From Candidatus Woesearchaeota archaeon (GTDB lineage Archaea; Nanobdellota; Nanobdellia; Woesearchaeales; GW2011-AR9), in contig JAHFSP010000003.1 of the NCBI GenBank assembly GCA_023265685.1, forward strand, positions 759 to 64,758: a stretch of 64,000 nt of DNA. The letters run 5' to 3'. This document shows, in pieces, positions 63,946-64,000 of this stretch. The position numbers were made by a program, and so were the translations under genes. Position 1 is the stretch's first letter, and each line of letters begins with the position of its first letter. Under the pieces are notes generated by a model. It worked only from the letters and a program-made list of their open reading frames with translations. It had not been told where the DNA came from and searched no databases.

Positions 63946-64000
63946 TTCATATTATTGCTGTGGGAAAGACACGTCAGTCGTTTGTCAAAGAAGGTGTTGC
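63942..64000 (+). CDS. rlmH: Partial CDS (first 19 codons), RlmH-like SPOUT methyltransferase N-terminus
   Basis: MIHIIAVGKTRQSFVKEGV resembles RlmH N-termini (M-x-I-x-I-I-A-V-G-K...). The ATGA overlaps the upstream stop. It is truncated by the window end. Confidence 0.35.
   Translation, partial: MIHIIAVGKTRQSFVKEGV

Noticed and set aside
1-64000. Searched by eye for CRISPR arrays, rRNA genes, transposases or integrases, and reverse transcriptase with template/variable repeats (DGR)
   Set aside because: There are no regularly spaced repeats, no rRNA-like segments, no recombinase or RT motifs (for example YxDD), and no ~100-bp near-identical repeat pairs.
1-64000. Possibility that the window is bacterial (CPR), because of lgt, sufSU, gmhB and an rlmH-like gene
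   Set aside because: ABCE1, the RFC large subunit, archaeal-type GlyRS and GluRS, TrmB regulators, TATA-box promoters and intron-containing tRNAs all lie on the same contiguous sequence. The bacterial-like genes are better explained as acquisitions.

Overview
This is an AT-rich, gene-dense, short-intergenic chromosomal window from an archaeon. The gene content looks like a small-genome DPANN-type lineage, but that is inference and not a database result. Archaeal markers are ABCE1/RLI, the RFC large subunit, eukaryote/archaeal-type GlyRS, archaeal-type GluRS, TrmB regulators, TATA-box promoters about 25 nt upstream of start codons, and tRNAs with helix-flanked (possibly bulge-helix-bulge) introns. 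Housekeeping genes are glyS, gltX, valS, ABCE1, rfcL, a sufB-D-S-U-C-T cluster, three tRNAs, an ABC-2 exporter and a MacB/FtsX permease. They are interleaved with many toxin-antitoxin-type modules: HEPN/NTase five times, RelE twice, PIN twice. There are also virus-associated DNA-binding genes (Bro-N, DinD-like, KilA-N) and several secreted or membrane proteins of unknown function. Several genes look bacterial in origin: lgt, sufS/sufU, gmhB and a possible rlmH. The strongest candidate for an undescribed system is a two-gene cassette present in two divergent, oppositely oriented copies (27900-29064 and 51092-52279). It encodes an HTH + Pol-beta-type nucleotidyltransferase + helical-domain protein, translationally coupled to a ~105-aa protein. 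The beta-rich C-terminal half and LFLDKHKYYDE tail of that small protein resemble RelE/YoeB-type toxins, and the second copy carries a frameshift. Other points of note are as follows. Two of the three tRNAs (Thr-CGU, Phe-GAA) each carry a canonical 37/38 intron plus a non-canonical intron (T-loop and D-loop respectively). A perfect 36-bp direct repeat sits in front of TATA boxes and brackets the KilA-N gene, with a spacer-less variant upstream of the Bro-N gene. A CysK/CBS-fold PLP enzyme appears to lack the Schiff-base lysine. No rRNA, CRISPR array, transposase, integrase or reverse transcriptase was seen. All functional calls come from by-eye motif recognition and need profile or structure searches to confirm.
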